This document shows positions 39,021 through 53,515 of a DNA stretch of 64,000 bases, in pieces; the stretch's first letter is position 1; every line of letters starts with the position of its first letter. The DNA lies in NCBI GenBank assembly GCA_963663165.1, contig OY760175.1, forward strand, positions 2,080,001 to 2,144,000, in the 5' to 3' direction. The notes below the pieces were generated by a model, which ran no database searches, was not told the origin of the DNA, and saw only the letters and a program-made list of their open reading frames with translations. The position numbers and the translations under genes were made by a program. The stretch is from an uncultured Desulfospira sp. (GTDB lineage: Bacteria; Desulfobacterota; Desulfobacteria; Desulfobacterales; Desulfobacteraceae).

Positions 39021-40043
39021 ATGACTTCAACTGCTGCTCGGCCTGTCATCGGCATTACCATGGGAGACCCGTTTGGCGTCGGCCCGGAAATTCTTGTAAA
39101 AGCGCTGGCTGACCCTGATCTGTATACCATCTGCAGGCCTTTCATCATCGGGGACTGCTCAATCATGGAAAAAGCCTTAACCTTCTCACCTGTCTCAATG
39201 GCTATCCATTCTGTGAAAACGCCGGATCAGGGCCTTTACAAATTTCAAAATCTTGATATCCTCAACCTGTCCGCATTGGACCCGGATATTCCGGAAGGCC
39301 CCACCGTTGAATCCGGGAAAGCGGTTGAGACCTATATCCTTCATGCTACGGACCTGGCCATTAAAAAAAAAATGGCCGCCCTGGTCACCTGCCCTATTAC
39401 CAAAACAGGCCTTAAGCTTGCCGGATCAAAATTTCACGGCCATACCGAGCTGATTGCCGACCGGACCGGGACCCGGACATTCTCCATGATGCTGGCCGGC
39501 AAAACCCTTAAAGTGGTTTTGGTTACCATTCACATACCGCTTCTTAAAGTTCCCGGGGCACTGACTGTTGAAGCTGTCCTTGAAACCATACGGCTGACCT
39601 GGACGTCATTGAAAGACCGGTTTGGGATTCAGAAACCAAAGCTTGCTGTGGCCGGCCTCAATCCCCATGCCGGTGAAGATTCCATGTTCGGAAGCGAAGA
39701 TGAAAAAATTATTCTGCCTGCGGTTGAAACTGCAGCCAAAGGCGGCATGGACATCAAGGGGCCGATGCCACCGGATACCGTTTTTTACCATGCCGCACAG
39801 GGGCGGTTTGATGCGGTTGTCTGCATGTACCATGACCAGGGCCTGATCCCGTTTAAGCTGCTGCACTTTAAGGACGGCGTCAATACCACGCTCGGGCTTC
39901 CCATTATCCGGACATCCGTAGATCACGGCACCGCCTATGATATTGCATGGAAAGGCTTGGCAGATCCGACATCCCTGAAAGAGGCCATCAAAATGGCCGT
40001 TCATCAGGCCAATGTGCAAGCCGCCATGAATCCTTCCAGGTAA
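39021..40043 (+). CDS. pdxA: 4-hydroxythreonine-4-phosphate dehydrogenase family protein
   Basis: [45 protein letters not shown]. Confidence 0.95.
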   Translation: MTSTAARPVIGITMGDPFGVGPEILVKALADPDLYTICRPFIIGDCSIMEKALTFSPVSMAIHSVKTPDQGLYKFQNLDILNLSALDPDIPEGPTVESGKAVETYILHATDLAIKKKMAALVTCPITKTGLKLAGSKFHGHTELIADRTGTRTFSMMLAGKTLKVVLVTIHIPLLKVPGALTVEAVLETIRLTWTSLKDRFGIQKPKLAVAGLNPHAGEDSMFGSEDEKIILPAVETAAKGGMDIKGPMPPDTVFYHAAQGRFDAVVCMYHDQGLIPFKLLHFKDGVNTTLGLPIIRTSVDHGTAYDIAWKGLADPTSLKEAIKMAVHQANVQAAMNPSR

Positions 40044-40061
40044 CGAAGCCGGAACATTGCC

Positions 40062-42920
40062 ATGACGCCTGAAAATATCACCATCCAGGGGGCACGACAG
40101 CACAACCTTAAAAACATCAGTGTCGATATTCCCAGAAACAGCCTCACGGTTCTTACCGGGCTTTCAGGGTCTGGAAAGTCCACCCTGGCATTTGACACCC
40201 TTTATGCCGAAGGGCAGCGCCGGTATGTGGAATCCCTTTCAAGTTACGCCCGGCAGTTCTTGGGCCAGATGGATAAACCCGATGTGGATTCGGTCATCGG
40301 CCTGTCCCCGGCCATCGCCATTGAGCAAAAGGCTGGCAGCCACAACCCGAGATCCACGGTTGGAACCATAACGGAAATATATGATTTTTTAAGGCTTTTA
40401 TTTGCCAGGGCCGGCACCCCCTTTTGCCATCAATGCGGCAAGCCCATTGCGTCCATGTCCATCGACCAGATCTGTGACCAGATCTTGGAGATGGAAGAAA
40501 AAACCAGAATCATTCTTCTTTCCCCCATGGTCAGGCAGCAGAAAGGAACCCACCAGAAACTGCTGGCAAGGATCAAAAAGGATGGATTTGCACGGGTAAG
40601 GGTAGACCATGAGATTCTTTTAATGGAAGATATTAAGCCCCTTGAAAAAAACAAACCCCATTCCATTGATATTGTTGTTGACCGGCTGGTCATTAAACCG
40701 GGAATTGAAAAACGGCTGACCGATTCTCTTGAGTTGGCCCTGTCCATGTCTCAGGGAACCGTATCCGTTCTTGACCTTAACCTTAAAAAAGAAAGCCTCT
40801 TCAGTGAAGCAGCGGCCTGCCCGACCTGCCATATCAGCTACCCCGAATTTACACCGGCAAATTTCTCTTTTAACTCTCCTCACGGGGCCTGTGAAGCCTG
40901 TGACGGTTTAGGAACAGTTCTCGAATTTGACCCGGATCTGATTGTTCCGGACCCTGACATATCCTTGCGGCAAGGTGCCGTACTGGTCTGGCAGAATAGG
41001 GATTCTGTCCAGTTCATGGAATTTCTGGATGCCCTGACCGCCCATTTTCAGGAAGATATTTACAAACCATTCAAAGACCTATCCCTTGAGTTTAGACAGG
41101 TCATTTTTTACGGGTCAGGAAATAAGAAAATTCCCTTTTATGTAGAGCGGGCCGGAAAAAAAATCACCTATAAAAAAGAATTCGAAGGGGTGATCCCGGG
41201 CCTTAAGCGCCGGTATAAGGAAACCCGCTCAAGCCTGGTCAGGGATGATCTTCAACGGTATATCAGTTTTACCCCATGCCCAAGCTGCAAGGGAACCCGT
41301 CTGAATGCTGCCGCCCGTTCCGTAAAGGTAGAAGAAAAGACCATTGGGGAGATTTCAAACTTGTCCATCCTGGAGGCAGCCCGTTTTTTTTCCTCTCTTA
41401 ATTTACCCATGAAAGACCGTCCTATTGCGCTTCCCATTTTACAGGAAATAAAGAAACGGCTTGAATTCTTAGAAAACGTCGGGCTTGAATACCTGACCAT
41501 AGACCGGGCTGCCGCCACCCTCTCCGGCGGTGAAAGCCAGAGAATCCGGCTGGCAACTCAGATTGGCTCCATGCTCACAGGGGTTCTTTATGTGTTGGAC
41601 GAACCCAGCATCGGCCTGCATCAAAGGGATAATGCCAGACTGTTAAAAACGCTTCTGGATCTAAAAAATTTTGGCAATACCGTTCTGGTAGTAGAACATG
41701 ATGAGGATACCATAAGGGCAGCCGATCATATCATTGATATTGGACCGGGAGCAGGGATCAACGGTGGAGAAATTATGTTTTCCGGCCCCCCTGAGGACCT
41801 GATCCGGAACGGGGAACAGTCATTGACCGGCCAGTATTTATCCGGAAAAAAACAAATCCTGTATGGAAAAACCCGTAGATCCGGGACCGGTAATTCAGTC
41901 ACCATTTTTAAAGCCTGCGCCCATAACCTGAAACATATTGATGTCTCATTTCCCATAGGGTGTTTGACCTGTGTTACGGGGGTATCGGGTTCAGGCAAAT
42001 CCACACTGATTTTATCTACGCTTTACCCGGCCCTGTCCAATAAATTCAACCGTACCCGCAAAAGGGTTGGAAAACATGAAAAAATAGCCGGACTTGAGGC
42101 CCTTGAAAAAGTAATCCACATTGACCAGTCTCCCATAGGAAGAACCCCGAGATCAAATCCAGCCACCTATACCCAGGTTTTTAATTTGGTGCGTGAGTTA
42201 TTTGCCAAAACCCCTGAAGCCAGGGAAAGGGGCTACAAATCAGGACGGTTCAGCTTTAATATCAAAGGGGGAAGGTGTGAGGCCTGTTCCGGAGACGGAA
42301 TAAAAAAAATTGAAATGCATTTTCTTCCGGATGTATACGTCATATGCGATGTCTGTAAAGGAAAGCGGTATAACCGGGAGACCCTTGAAATAAAATACAA
42401 GGGGTTAAATATTGCCCAGGTCATGGACATGACCATTAATCAGGCCCTTTCCTTTTTTGATAAAATAGGGACCATCAAAAGCAAACTGGAAACCTTAAAC
42501 CGGGTAGGACTAGGGTATATCAAGCTTGGGCAGCCGGCCACAACCCTTTCAGGGGGGGAGGCCCAAAGAATTAAACTTGCCCGGGAATTGTCTTATAGAA
42601 ACAGTGGAAAAACCATCTATGTTTTAGATGAGCCGACCACCGGCCTGCATCCCGATGATATCAATAAATTGATGGCTGTTCTCAATGAACTGGTTGATTC
42701 AGGCAACACGCTAATTGTGATTGAACACAACCTGGATGTAATTAAATGTGCTGACCATATCATCGATTTAGGCCCTGAAGGCGGGGATAAAGGCGGGTAT
42801 ATAGTAGCAACCGGAACCCCTGAGGAAATTGCACAAAATAAAAAATCCTATACTGGATGTTATCTTGAGAAAGTGCTTAACCGTGAAAAAAATAAAAATG
42901 GCACAAAACCGGAAATTTAA
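40062..42920 (+). CDS. uvrA: Excinuclease ABC subunit A
   Basis: GARQHNLK, two GxSGSGKST Walker A motifs, LSGGE.QR twice, zinc fingers. Confidence 0.98.
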   Translation: MTPENITIQGARQHNLKNISVDIPRNSLTVLTGLSGSGKSTLAFDTLYAEGQRRYVESLSSYARQFLGQMDKPDVDSVIGLSPAIAIEQKAGSHNPRSTVGTITEIYDFLRLLFARAGTPFCHQCGKPIASMSIDQICDQILEMEEKTRIILLSPMVRQQKGTHQKLLARIKKDGFARVRVDHEILLMEDIKPLEKNKPHSIDIVVDRLVIKPGIEKRLTDSLELALSMSQGTVSVLDLNLKKESLFSEAAACPTCHISYPEFTPANFSFNSPHGACEACDGLGTVLEFDPDLIVPDPDISLRQGAVLVWQNRDSVQFMEFLDALTAHFQEDIYKPFKDLSLEFRQVIFYGSGNKKIPFYVERAGKKITYKKEFEGVIPGLKRRYKETRSSLVRDDLQRYISFTPCPSCKGTRLNAAARSVKVEEKTIGEISNLSILEAARFFSSLNLPMKDRPIALPILQEIKKRLEFLENVGLEYLTIDRAAATLSGGESQRIRLATQIGSMLTGVLYVLDEPSIGLHQRDNARLLKTLLDLKNFGNTVLVVEHDEDTIRAADHIIDIGPGAGINGGEIMFSGPPEDLIRNGEQSLTGQYLSGKKQILYGKTRRSGTGNSVTIFKACAHNLKHIDVSFPIGCLTCVTGVSGSGKSTLILSTLYPALSNKFNRTRKRVGKHEKIAGLEALEKVIHIDQSPIGRTPRSNPATYTQVFNLVRELFAKTPEARERGYKSGRFSFNIKGGRCEACSGDGIKKIEMHFLPDVYVICDVCKGKRYNRETLEIKYKGLNIAQVMDMTINQALSFFDKIGTIKSKLETLNRVGLGYIKLGQPATTLSGGEAQRIKLARELSYRNSGKTIYVLDEPTTGLHPDDINKLMAVLNELVDSGNTLIVIEHNLDVIKCADHIIDLGPEGGDKGGYIVATGTPEEIAQNKKSYTGCYLEKVLNREKNKNGTKPEI

Positions 42921-42939
42921 TACATAACATGGGGGATAT

Positions 42940-43497
42940 TCACACAATACAGCGATCCGTGTCACAGGGGCAGGCCCCATCAATCTCACATGCAAATGCA
43001 ATCTTGGACGCCTTTTCATATACGCCGGGCAGAACCGGTTGAAAAAACCTGGCGGCATCCATATTCAAAAGTTTTCCTTTCCCGGGAATATGATCCAGTC
43101 CCTGGGCAGACACTTTTCCCGTTATGCCATTTATAATCTCAGCATCCTCCCCGTTAGTAGTGACAACAAACGGAATCTGATAAGGGGCAATAACCCTGGA
43201 CAATGCCAAATTAGAAAGCCGGCGGGTTACAAGAGAACCTGGCGCAAATTTGAGAATCATCCAGACTTTATCCTGAAATTTGACCACAAAATTAACTATT
43301 AGCACTGCATTACGCCCCCCCGTAGTAATATTCAGCTTCTGGTCTTTAATAAGGTCTGCCTTGCTGTACCCCAAATTATTGACAAGATGTTTTGAAAGCT
43401 TTTGCAGGTAACGTTCATCATGGGTATCCGGAATAATCTTTCCGGTAAGGAAATCTGTTAATTCCCCCATTATTAAATGATGCGGATTGGTTTCCAT
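42940..43497 (-). CDS. Stand-alone protein resembling the type I restriction HsdR N-terminal domain
   Basis: DFLTG...DT.DER..Q...L....GY and VVTTNG patterns; GGAGG RBS; C-terminal C.....C.C....C. Confidence 0.65.
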   Translation of the reverse strand: METNPHHLIMGELTDFLTGKIIPDTHDERYLQKLSKHLVNNLGYSKADLIKDQKLNITTGGRNAVLIVNFVVKFQDKVWMILKFAPGSLVTRRLSNLALSRVIAPYQIPFVVTTNGEDAEIINGITGKVSAQGLDHIPGKGKLLNMDAARFFQPVLPGVYEKASKIAFACEIDGACPCDTDRCIV

Positions 43498-43640
43498 TTG
43501 GCAGCCTCCATTTTCAGGAAGATTAAAATCTTGCCATTAAAGTAAGCAGTTTATGAACATGATCAAATGAAAAAGAAAACCAGTCTCTGGATCAATAAAA
43601 AAAGGCTTTTGGGAAAATTCCAAAAGCCTCTTATTTTCGG

Positions 43641-43718
<78 letters not shown>

Positions 43719-43807
43719 TAGTTGAACAGAGGATTTTTATCATCCTTTATACGCAGTGTCAAGAAAGAATCAAAACAAGAACAATATTTTTTTAAATAAC
43801 GCTAAAT

Positions 43808-43845
43808 AAAAAAGCCCTGACCAAAATAATTTGATCAGGGCTTTT
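43808..43845 (-). terminator. rRNA operon intrinsic terminator
   Basis: AAAAGCCCTGA...TCAGGGCTTTT hairpin with a minus-strand T run just after 5S. Confidence 0.8.
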
Positions 43846-43855
43846 AGAAAAATAA

Positions 43856-43971
43856 CCCGGCAGCGTTCTACTCTCCCACACAGTCTCCCATGCAGTACCA
43901 TCGACGCTAAGGCGCTTAACTACCGTGTTCGAGATGGGTACGGGTGTGGCCGCCTCGCCATTGCCACCGGG
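43856..43971 (-). rRNA. rrf: 5S rRNA
   Basis: Conserved CCCATCTCGAACAC, GATGGTACTG, GGGAGAGTAG; terminal stem CCCGG/CCGGG. Confidence 0.96.
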
Positions 43972-44092
43972 TTAAACCGGCCAGGACCTGGAACTTCTGA
44001 TTAATGTACTGTTACCGCGTTCCCGGAATCCTGTAAATTTGTTGTAGTAAATTTTTGCCATCAAAGAATTTAAGTTTATCTGTGGAAAAAAG

Positions 44093-47066
<2,974 letters not shown>

Positions 47067-47095
47067 CTATTCCACAAATAAACTTAAACGCTTTG

Positions 47096-47220
47096 ATGTT
47101 TTTGAAAATTTTGTGAATTTTAAGCGTTGCTTCACACAGATTTTAAAACGGCGTAGCACACTACGCCTTATTCAAAATCTGTGCTTGCGCCTTGAACTTC
47201 ACTAAAATTTTCTTCAACAT
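47096..47220. mobile_element. Family D MITE-like palindromic element in the 16S-23S spacer, followed by an internally deleted copy (about 47225-47281)
   Basis: Imperfect termini ATGTTTTTGAAAATTTTGTGAA / TTCACTAAAATTTTCTTCAACAT; inner stems CACAGATTTT/AAAATCTGTG and GGCGTAG/CTACGCC. Confidence 0.65.
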
Positions 47221-47376
47221 GATTATGCTGTAAAAACTTTGGTAAACTTCAAGCGCTAATTCACAAATTTTTCTTCAACATAGCTCGCAAAAGCCTGATC
47301 AACATCAAACTCTCACGATTTATGATTAATTCAGTTGCCTTTACGGCAACTGCGCAATTGATATTTACTACAACAA

Positions 47377-47390
47377 ATTTTCAAAGAACA
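47377..47390 (-). promoter_or_regulatory. Spacer boxA antitermination element
   Basis: TGTTCTTTGAAAAT; leader copy TGATCTTTGAAAAT at 49120-49133. Confidence 0.7.
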
Positions 47391-47476
47391 TGACAGATCC
47401 GGCTACTCTTGTTCACCGTTTTGATCTCTCAAAATTGGCCAGTGATAGCCTTAAAGCTTTTTTTATCTTTCCTTTG

Positions 47477-49033
<1,557 letters not shown>

Positions 49034-49159
49034 TTATAATCCTTTTTCCTAAAAACTCTTGGTCTTGACTTGCTAATTAAAACAAATCAACTTGACCCGC
49101 TTCAAAACTTCACTGACCAATTTTCAAAGATCAAAATCCTCAATCAAGAGAACTCAAAG

Positions 49160-49188
49160 AGAATACATTAAACCCCGCTTAATGTCAA
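49160..49188 (-). promoter_or_regulatory. rRNA operon sigma70 promoter
   Basis: TTGACA (49188-49183) - 17 nt - TATTCT (49165-49160), upstream of leader boxA. Confidence 0.75.
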
Positions 49189-49203
49189 ATCTTTTTTATT
49201 TTT

Positions 49204-51978
49204 TTATTTCAATACCAACCCTGCGGGAAGATTTTCCCCGAATTGGGCAGTCTTTTCTTTTAAATCCATCCTGATTTTTTCTCTGACCTTGTTAATCAGC
49301 TGTTCAGGGGCACCTTGCCCAATTAACCAGGTCATTACTTTTTCATGGATTTCGGCATCAATATCCCGGGTTCGATCACCGGTTTTCCTTGCCATGGCAG
49401 CAATCAGCTGATGAATGGGGTCTTTCCTATCCCAATTTTTCTTCATTAAATACAGGATCCATTTTCCAACCTCAGACGGCGGGACGACTCTGTCTATGGA
49501 GCCGTATAACAGCTGCCTGTCTCCGAACCTTCCTATAGTCCAAAACAAGGTGTCCTGCTTTTTCCCCGGTTTGATCTGCGGCAAAAGGGCTTTGGCAAGA
49601 ACGACTTTATCTTTGACCAACAGCCGCTCCATGTTACCGGCTGCCATCCACAGCTCTGTCTTTTCCTGAGGGGGCAGTTTGCTTTTATTTTTTGTCAGTA
49701 CACCGGATACTTCCTGAAAAAATTGTCTTTGCTGCCCGGCCTTCAGACCGGCCGCTATCCTTCTGATAAAAATCCACCACTCCAGTCGATTCTGAGTATC
49801 CTTTTCAAACTTAAGCCCGGATAGATAAACCTTCCACAATTTCCTGACACGGTTTTCGTCAAAGGCGTCTCCAAATCCAGGCCTCATACAAAACCCCGTC
49901 AGGTTTAACCACCGGGCCTCATGTTCCGGAGACGTACTTCTGAAACTTTCAAGGTCTATGAGCCGATCTGAAAGCTTTCTTAAAAACGAAAGGGGCCAGT
50001 TCGACTTTTTTTGCTCTACAATTGTTTCAATTTTCCTGACAACGTGTTGGGGTCCCTCAATATCATTGGCGGAAAAAGCATGCACGACTTCAGAACAGGC
50101 ATGTTCTATGAGAGAATCTTCATAAACCTGGGTTTCTGTTGTTTCAATATCCGTCTGCATTCCTCGAAGCTGAAACTGAAGCTTCCAACGATGTTCACTG
50201 GCAACAGACCGGCAATACATGGCAAGGGTTCCCATCTCGGTATATTCAGCGCCAATATTCACTGGGATTTCTTTTTTCTCCCCAGTTTTACCGAATTTAA
50301 TGATGGTCTGAATCGGGGCCATGGGGGTCAGGGTGTTGTCAATGGAGAGAATATCTCCAGCTGAATCGCCGGACCGGAAACTTGAACTATACACCGGGAA
50401 ACTTACCGGCTGGTTGGTCCTGACCTTGTATTCCATTTTGGGCAGGCTGATTTCAGATCCCTCATCCAGGCCCCTTTCCACAAGGCATACCGCCTTCTGA
50501 CCCGCCTGGGAAAATACTGAAACCCCCAGATAATAGCTTCTTGGGCTTCCGCTGCCGACTTTAACCCCGATCCCCTGCTTGACAAGCCCGTAATAAGATG
50601 CCCCTAAACCCACCGCCAATTCAGGACTGTTATTTTCAAGAATCTTTGGTTTAGAGGAATCTGTGGTTTTAAACCAGCGCCGGATGGATTCTCTGATTCT
50701 TGATTGGACAAGAACCGGTTTCAGGGTTCCGCCGTTAAATAAAATAAAATCGGGCAAAGGCTCTTTTTTGTTCAAAGCAGCCTGAATATTCTCCCGATGT
50801 TTCTCAAGAAAAGCAATAATATGTTTCGTAACAGACCGTTCCTTTTCAAAAGGAAGGCCAAAATCAGCAATTTCCTTACCCGGTTCGATCTGACTTAAAT
50901 TTTCTGAATCCACATCGGCAAAGAACTGGCCCCTTAGAACTGATTCCACATCCTGCTTTGTCAGATCAGCCGAAAGCGTCCCCGCAATCAACGAGCGCCC
51001 CTCGCCTTTTATGGTGATGCGAACGCTTTTTTCGTCATTGCCCAGGATCACTTCCTTTGCCTCCCGGCATCTGTGGCAAAGGGTTTTCCATTTATCCGAA
51101 GTCATGGAAGTGCTTGACTTGAATTTGGATTCGACTATTTTGGCAAGTTCCAGATCAATATTGTCCCCGCCCAGAATCAGGTGATCCCCAACCGCTATCC
51201 GCTCGAATCTTGGCGTGCCCTGTGTGGCTTTCAAAGAAATCAGGCTGAAGTCCGTTGTCCCGCCGCCCACATCACAGACCAGGACAAGGTCGTCTTCCCG
51301 GATATGCTGCTCCCAGTCCGATTCATGACGGATCAACCATGAATAAAAGGCAGAAAGCGGCTCCTCAAGAAGGGTAACCGATTCGCCAAGCCCGGCCTTA
51401 CCAACCGCTTCCATGGTTAAATCTCTGGCCTCTTCATTAAAAGACGCCGGCACGGTAATGACCACAAACTGATTCTCGATAAACTTATCCTCATCCTTGA
51501 CGAAGTAGTTCCAGGCGCTCCGGATATGGGTCAGATATTCAGCGGTTGCATCCACCGGTGAGATTTTTTCGACCCCTTGGGACCCCCATGGCAGAATCCT
51601 GGCCTGGCGATCGGCATTGGCATTACACAACCAGCTTTTTGCTGAAGACACAAGCCTTGACGGAATTTTTGAACCATGATCCCGGGCAAACGTCCCGGCA
51701 AACATATCCTCCCGCTTTTTCCAGGGATGTTTGAGGGTTTCCTTTGAAATATCATAATCGCCGGGGATATATAAAAATGAGGGCAAAACGGAAATCTTTG
51801 AAAACTCACCATGACCGGTAAGCTGAGGGATATTAAAAACCTTGATCACTTTCTTTTTATCGGGCAGTTGCTTGATAACGCCCTGTTCTCGAAGCTGGGC
51901 CACATCCACATAAGAAACCGCACAATTGGTGGTGCCCAAATCAATCCCGATGACATATTGTCTTTCCTGAAAATCCAC
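49204..51978 (-). CDS. Atypical Hsp70-family protein with C-terminal DUF3731-like domain
   Basis: GIDLGTTN, TVPASF, EEP, DVGGGTTD, LGGDNID, FNGG actin/Hsp70 ATPase motifs; C-terminal HEARWLNL.GFC.RPGFG, EWW...RR.A.GL, R.TGDR.RD. Confidence 0.85.
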   Translation of the reverse strand: MDFQERQYVIGIDLGTTNCAVSYVDVAQLREQGVIKQLPDKKKVIKVFNIPQLTGHGEFSKISVLPSFLYIPGDYDISKETLKHPWKKREDMFAGTFARDHGSKIPSRLVSSAKSWLCNANADRQARILPWGSQGVEKISPVDATAEYLTHIRSAWNYFVKDEDKFIENQFVVITVPASFNEEARDLTMEAVGKAGLGESVTLLEEPLSAFYSWLIRHESDWEQHIREDDLVLVCDVGGGTTDFSLISLKATQGTPRFERIAVGDHLILGGDNIDLELAKIVESKFKSSTSMTSDKWKTLCHRCREAKEVILGNDEKSVRITIKGEGRSLIAGTLSADLTKQDVESVLRGQFFADVDSENLSQIEPGKEIADFGLPFEKERSVTKHIIAFLEKHRENIQAALNKKEPLPDFILFNGGTLKPVLVQSRIRESIRRWFKTTDSSKPKILENNSPELAVGLGASYYGLVKQGIGVKVGSGSPRSYYLGVSVFSQAGQKAVCLVERGLDEGSEISLPKMEYKVRTNQPVSFPVYSSSFRSGDSAGDILSIDNTLTPMAPIQTIIKFGKTGEKKEIPVNIGAEYTEMGTLAMYCRSVASEHRWKLQFQLRGMQTDIETTETQVYEDSLIEHACSEVVHAFSANDIEGPQHVVRKIETIVEQKKSNWPLSFLRKLSDRLIDLESFRSTSPEHEARWLNLTGFCMRPGFGDAFDENRVRKLWKVYLSGLKFEKDTQNRLEWWIFIRRIAAGLKAGQQRQFFQEVSGVLTKNKSKLPPQEKTELWMAAGNMERLLVKDKVVLAKALLPQIKPGKKQDTLFWTIGRFGDRQLLYGSIDRVVPPSEVGKWILYLMKKNWDRKDPIHQLIAAMARKTGDRTRDIDAEIHEKVMTWLIGQGAPEQLINKVREKIRMDLKEKTAQFGENLPAGLVLK

Positions 51979-51997
51979 TATTTCCCCTGGTAATTTA

Positions 51998-52759
51998 TTA
52001 GATTTCGACCTCGGCCGGCGTCATAATGCTTGAATCCTGAATATCCAAAAGACTGGGAATCTCTTTTTTACCGGCTCTCCAGCCCCGGTGTCTTAAAATG
52101 CCTTCAAAAGGCGGTTCACCGGTGACATTTCCCACCAGGCTGACGGAGTCCATGTCAAAACCCGGCTCAATGGTTACAGTCTCTCCTTCTTTTGAATCAA
52201 TCACGGGTTTTGGATCAATATACTTTTTAACCGCCCGTTTACAATCTTCTTGTATGCTTCTGACCGCAGCCCCGATCTGTTCGTCCTCGTAGAGACTTAA
52301 GTCTTCTTCAAAAAAATCCAGGAGGCGGCCTTCTCTTTGGAGAATGGAAAGGGTATGAAGGAAAAGCCGCCTTTTTCTTTCCTGCTCTATCCAGTGATCT
52401 ATGAAATCTTTTTGTGTTGCCTTTTTCTCCGGTTTTACTGCCGGCTGAACATTCATCTGGTTAAATGCAGAAGACATAAAAATTTTCAACAGCAGCCATC
52501 CCACTCCCCCTAAAAATAAGCAGCCCCCCATAATTCCAGGAACTACCCATACATAAAAATTCTGAGAAATAAGGTCCAGCTGCCCGGCCCAGACCGGTAT
52601 ATTCTCAAGCAAGAGTTCCTTGCCGGAATCCATAGAAAAAACAGATAAAAACCAATTTATAAGATAATAAGTTCCACCACAAAGCACAGCGCTCAAAAAC
52701 AACATATACACCGCAATAACGAAGAAAGACCGCCTTTCATATATCTTTGAAATCTGCAA
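51998..52759 (-). CDS. DUF2760 domain membrane protein
   Basis: LQREGRLLDF..ED...Y.DEQIGAAVR, GNV.GEPPF.G.L.HRGW, PAEVE; two N-terminal TM segments. Confidence 0.82.
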   Translation of the reverse strand: MQISKIYERRSFFVIAVYMLFLSAVLCGGTYYLINWFLSVFSMDSGKELLLENIPVWAGQLDLISQNFYVWVVPGIMGGCLFLGGVGWLLLKIFMSSAFNQMNVQPAVKPEKKATQKDFIDHWIEQERKRRLFLHTLSILQREGRLLDFFEEDLSLYEDEQIGAAVRSIQEDCKRAVKKYIDPKPVIDSKEGETVTIEPGFDMDSVSLVGNVTGEPPFEGILRHRGWRAGKKEIPSLLDIQDSSIMTPAEVEI

Positions 52760-52913
52760 TTATTTTTCCTTTCTTAAATTTACGGTTCACCCCTTTGAAA
52801 ATGAAAAACCATGTTGAAATAATCAACATGGTCTTCAATTATAATGCAAATTTTTTCTATATCAAGGGATGTTTGAGTCCTGGAATCAGGGGGCTCTAAA
52901 CGGGTCAACGGAC

Positions 52914-53189
52914 TTATGTTACCGTAATTCTATCTTTATTGTTTTCAAATACCTTCTGCCCGACACCTTTCACATTCATGATATCTTCAGGCGCCTTAAA
53001 AGGGGTCTTTTCCCGATATTCTATGATTCTATCCGCGAGGGCCTCACCAACACCTTTGAGTGTCATCAATACCTCTTTGCTTGCGGTATTAATATTCACC
53101 TTTTCGGCCTGGGCCACAGCAGTAGAAAGGCAAAGACAAATGAATAAGCCAATGAAAATGACCGAAAGTGATCTTTTTGAGTTTCTCAT
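52914..53189 (-). CDS. comEA: ComEA-family helix-hairpin-helix DNA-binding protein
   Basis: Signal peptide, VNINTAS, L.GVG..LA.RIIEYR, VKGVG. Confidence 0.85.
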   Translation of the reverse strand: MRNSKRSLSVIFIGLFICLCLSTAVAQAEKVNINTASKEVLMTLKGVGEALADRIIEYREKTPFKAPEDIMNVKGVGQKVFENNKDRITVT

Positions 53190-53515
53190 AGCGTTCTCCT
53201 TTTTGTGAAAAGTCTAAAATATTGGGTACAAAACTCCCCCTGATTCCAAAACCGAATTCAGAAAGAAGCGAACAAGCGACTCATTTACAAAAAAAGAAAA
53301 GCCTCTGCTGCCATTTTCAAGCACTGTTGATCATATCAACTTCAAATGAATATTTTGTATATAAAATAAATACATTGTCATTTCAATAAAAAATAGTTTC
53401 TTACATCAATTCCAAATTTAGCAAGGCACTCAAAAAAAAATGATCGGAATATGATATTAAAAGATAAAGGGGGTGAGACCGGGCATGTTGATTCCCACGG
53501 TTTTTTTCTAATAAA

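Noticed and set aside
47067..47476. tRNA-Ile/tRNA-Ala in the 16S-23S spacer
   Set aside because: No cloverleaf or T-loop motif on either strand.
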